DNA from: Gammaproteobacteria bacterium
GTDB lineage: Bacteria > Pseudomonadota > Gammaproteobacteria > Eutrophobiales > Eutrophobiaceae
Direction: 5' to 3'
Assembly: GCA_965222155.1 (NCBI GenBank)
Contig: CBDCTH010000012.1
Span: forward strand, 288,001-352,000
DNA length: 64,000 bases
Shown: positions 60,601 to 64,000 of the stretch, in pieces
Position numbering within the stretch: position 1 is the first letter of the stretch
Layout of the letters: the number at the start of each line of letters is the position of its first letter
The notes under the pieces: model-generated
Told to the model about the DNA's origin: nothing
Databases searched by the model: none
Seen by the model: the letters and a program-made list of their open reading frames with translations, nothing else
Position numbers and translations under genes: made by a program

Positions 60601-63600
60601 AGGGCCCGGCCGGTCTTCCACACTCTCCTGGACGCCGCGTGCGGACGTGAGGGCGGTGTACGTGAACGGTGGCGGGCTGTCTGAGGTCCCGGCCACTGGC
60701 AATTCCCACGTGGTGACGCCTTCCGAAACCGGGGACATCACCTACACGCTGAGCGTCGAGGACGACGAGGGTGCGCCGCTGGGCGAATTCCCGCTCAGCG
60801 TGACCGTGCGGCCGCCCCCACCGCCGCCGCCCCCACCGCCGCCTTCTCGCAACACGGCACCGGTGGCCGGGGATGATGAGGTAACGCTGGACCAGGGTGG
60901 TCGGGTTACCCTGTCAGCCGCAACCTTACTGGCCAATGACCGGGATGCGGACGGGGATACACTGCGCATTACAGCCGTCAGCAAGGCCACGGCCAACATC
61001 AGCGTCAGCCCTACCCCGGCTTCAAGTTGGCGGATTACGTCTATAGACGTTCAACACGACGGCGCCGACACCCCGACAACCGCCGGTTTTGAGTACACCA
61101 TTACCGATAGCGCCGGCGCCACGGCGACGGCGACCGTGACGCTGACGATTGCGCTGACCGCAGCGGCGCCGGTGATAGACCGGTTCAGCGCACCGGAGAC
61201 GGTCATGGCAGGTGAGCAGGTCACCTTGCGTTGGGTTTTGTCCGGTGGCCCGGTGACGGGCATCGAGGTGACCTACAGCGCCGCGGGGGACGCGCAGGGC
61301 TCGGGGACGCTCGGCAAAGACGAGATCTCTTGGACCACCACGGTGGCGCCCACCGAGGCTGAGACCGTGTTCACGCTGACGGTGATCGGCCCCGGTGGTG
61401 TGGTCACGCGGACGCTCACGGTCGCCATGGCGGCGCCGGTGATAGACCGGTTCAGCGCACCGGAGACGGTCATGGCGGGTGAGCAGGTCACCTTGCGTTG
61501 GGCCTTGTCCGGTGGCCCGGTGACGGGTATCGAGGTGACCTACAGCGCCGCGGGGGACGCGCAGCGCTCGGGGACGCTCGGCCAGGACGAGACCGCCTGG
61601 ACTACCACGGTGGCGCCCACCGAGGCTGAGACCGTCTTCACGCTGACGGTCACCGGCCCCGGTGGTGTGGTCGCGCGGACGCTCACGGTCGCCATGGCGG
61701 CGCCGGTGATAGACCGTTTCAGCGCACCGGAGACGGTCATGGTGGGCGAGCAGGTGACGTTATCCTGGGCCTTGTCCGGTGGCCCGGTGACGGGTATCGA
61801 GGTGACCTACAGCGCCGCGGGGGACGCGCAGCGCTCGGGGACGCTCGGCAAAGACGAGAGCTCTTGGACCACCACGGTGGCGCCCACCGAGGCTGAGACC
61901 GTCTTCACGCTGACGGTGACCGGCCCCGGTGGTGTGGTCACGCGGACGCTCACGGTCGCCATGGCGGCGCCGGTGATAGACCGGTTCAGCGCACCGGAGA
62001 CGGTCATGGCGGGTGAGCAGGTCACCTTATCCTGGGCCTTGTCCGGTGGCCCGGTGACGGGTATCGAGGTGACCTACAGCGCCGCGGGGGACGCGCAGGG
62101 CTCGGGGACGCTCGGCCAGGACGAGACCGCCTGGACTACCACGGTGGCGCCCACCGAGGCTGAGACCGTCTTCACGCTGACGGTCACCGGCCCCGGTGGT
62201 GTGGTCGCGCGGACGCTCACGGTCGCCATGGCGGCGCCGGTGATAGACCGGTTCAGCGCACCGGAGACGGTCATGGCGGGTGAGCAGGTCACCTTATCCT
62301 GGGCCTTGTCCGGTGGCCCGGTGACGGGTATCGAGGTGACCTACAGCGCCGCGGGGGACGCGCAGCGCTCGGGGACGCTCGGCGAGGACGAGACCGCCTG
62401 GACTACCACGGTGGCGCCCACCGAGGCTGAGACCGTGTTCACGCTGACGGTCACCGGCCCCGGTGGTGTGGTCGCGCGGACGCTCACGGTCGCCATGGCG
62501 GCGCCGGTGATAGACCGTTTCAGCGCACCGGAGACGGTCATGGCGGGTGAGCAGGTCACCTTATCCTGGGCCTTGTCCGGCGGCCCGGTGACGGGTATCG
62601 AGGTGACCTACAGCGCCGCGGGGGATGCGCAGGGCTCGGGGACGCTCGGCGAGGACGAGACCGCCTGGACCACCACGGTGGCGCCCACCGAGGCTGAGAC
62701 CGTCTTCACGCTGACGGTGACCGGCCCCGGTGGTGTGGCCACCCGGACCGTCACGGTGAGTCGCAACACCGCGCCGGTGGCAGGGGCGGACACGGTGGCT
62801 GTCCTCTGGGGTGGCAGTGTCACCCTGGCGGCGGCGACCTTACTCAGTAATGACACCGATGCGGACGGCGACCCCCTGGTGATTAGCGCGGTACAGGATG
62901 TGGTTGGCGGGGTGTTGGATGAGACCGGGGAGGCCCCGATTGAGGAATTGGTGTTCACCCACGATGGCGCCGCCGGTGCAGCCTCTTTTGCCTATAGTAT
63001 CGAAGACAGTCGCGGCGGGCGGGCGACGGGCACGGTGAGTGTCACGGTCAGCGCCCCGCCCCCGGCGCAGCCGGCAGGGTTGCGGGCGACGGCAGGCGAT
63101 GCGCAGGTGACGTTGGCCTGGAGTGCTCTTGAGGATAGCTCGGTGACCCACTGGCACTACCAGCAACGGGCCGGAAGCGGCAGTTATGGAGCGTGGCAGA
63201 GTATCCCGAACAGTGCCGCGGACACCACGTCGCACACGGTGCGGGGTCTGGTTAACGGAACCCCGTACAGTTTCAGGGTGCGGGCGGTGAACGCGGCCGG
63301 TGCCGGGGCGGTCTCCGATGAGGTGACGGCGACGCCGCAACGTGCCGTGGCGCTGGCGCGGGTGGCCACGCACTGGCTGGCGCGGTTCGGACGCACGCTG
63401 GCCGGTCAGGTGGTGGACGTGATGCACTCTCGGGTGCAGGCGGCGCCCACCCGTCGGCTTACCCTGGGGGGGCAGGACATCACGCTTGATGACACCGCTG
63501 CGGTGAGCGCCACCGAGCCTGGCGATACAACTGCCCCCGCGTTCAGCCGGCAGTCTGCTCACCAGGCGAGGGCTTCAACGCAGCAGGGCAAGCGCGGGGT

Positions 63601-64000
63601 CTCTACCCTGGCGGGTGATGGCTACCGTCAGGGCCACACGCTGCGCACGCTGGGCGCCCGTGAGTTCTGGTACAACAGTGCATTTTCATTGGCGTTAGCG
63701 CCCGCGGGCAGTGCGAGCACCTGGAGCATCTGGGGGCGGGCCACGCTGAGTCAATTTGAGGGTAGAGACGATGACGTGTCGGTGGCCGGTGAGGTGGTCT
63801 CGGGCTACCTGGGGTTGGACTGGCATCGAGACCGGTTCAAGAGCGGGGTAATCGTCTCACACACTGGCAGTGACGGTGATTACGGCGTGGCGCGTGAGGA
63901 CGGGGACATTGATGCCAGCCTGACCAGTGGGTATGCCTGGCTGCACTGGTTGCCGCAGGATGCGCTGAGCGTGTGGGCGTTAGCCGGGCTGGGTCGAGGG
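57620..64000 (+). CDS. Giant autotransporter adhesin (10 FN3, Ig-like, 2 cadherin-like, six 89-aa repeats, beta-barrel); frameshifted as assembled; runs off the window
   Basis: Leader ending AAPAAA|QV. FN3 motifs (GLTNG..Y..QVRA.N). NTAPVA..D/LLxND.DADGD domains. WLARFGRT and WSIWGR...GYLGLDW barrel start. Frame breaks at C20 (57726), ~59688 and ~60607. Confidence 0.88.
57726..57745 (+). repeat. Poly-C tract (C20) in the leader coding region
   Basis: TTTA-C20-ACATGAG. Confidence 0.95.
61162..62760 (+). repeat. Six near-identical 267-bp coding tandem repeats
   Basis: The unit AAPVIDRFSAPETVMAGEQVTL.W.LSGGPVTGIEVTYS...TLTV.GPGG recurs with an exact 267-bp period. Confidence 0.97.

Noticed and set aside
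59680-60612. Systematic methylation-linked error motif CGGCCG revealing the MTase target
   Set aside because: Other CGGCCG sites (e.g. ~5175, ~9004, ~40353, ~44502) lie in intact frames, and the local MTase is an amino (NPPY) type; two cases are too few.
61162-62760. 267-bp repeats as CRISPR or a shufflon; the repeated 72-aa minus-strand ORFs as genes
   Set aside because: They are in-frame coding repeats of the plus-strand adhesin; the minus-strand ORFs are their shadows.

Overview
Bacterial chromosomal DNA, probably from a gammaproteobacterium. The many MITE/REP repeats, TA modules, sulfatase/TonB genes and FN3 autotransporter suggest a marine host-associated (e.g. sponge) symbiont, but that is inference. 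Housekeeping genes (dinB, rhlE-like helicase, SAH riboswitch-ahcY-metF, hspQ, rsmE, gshA) alternate with five accessory blocks. (1) A defence locus: vapBC, PLD/SNF2 helicase, a 69-aa protein, an SDH/ClpP-class protease and a type IIG-like N6-MTase. It is followed tail-to-tail by a second, inverted specificity domain that is cut off by an ISAzo13 element. (2) A TonB receptor plus a secreted amidohydrolase/sulfatase/dipeptidase catabolic locus. (3) An MSHA/type IV pilus-like operon with an ABC transporter, an embedded TA pair and a 1004-aa pilin-like protein carrying six ~75-aa repeats. (4) An orphan virB3-virB2 pair between inverted MITEs. (5) A giant FN3/Ig/cadherin-like autotransporter with a C20 tract in its leader and six 267-bp tandem repeats, running off the right edge. 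There are several gene fragments. No rRNA, tRNA or CRISPR array was seen. All calls come from motif recognition; no searches were run.
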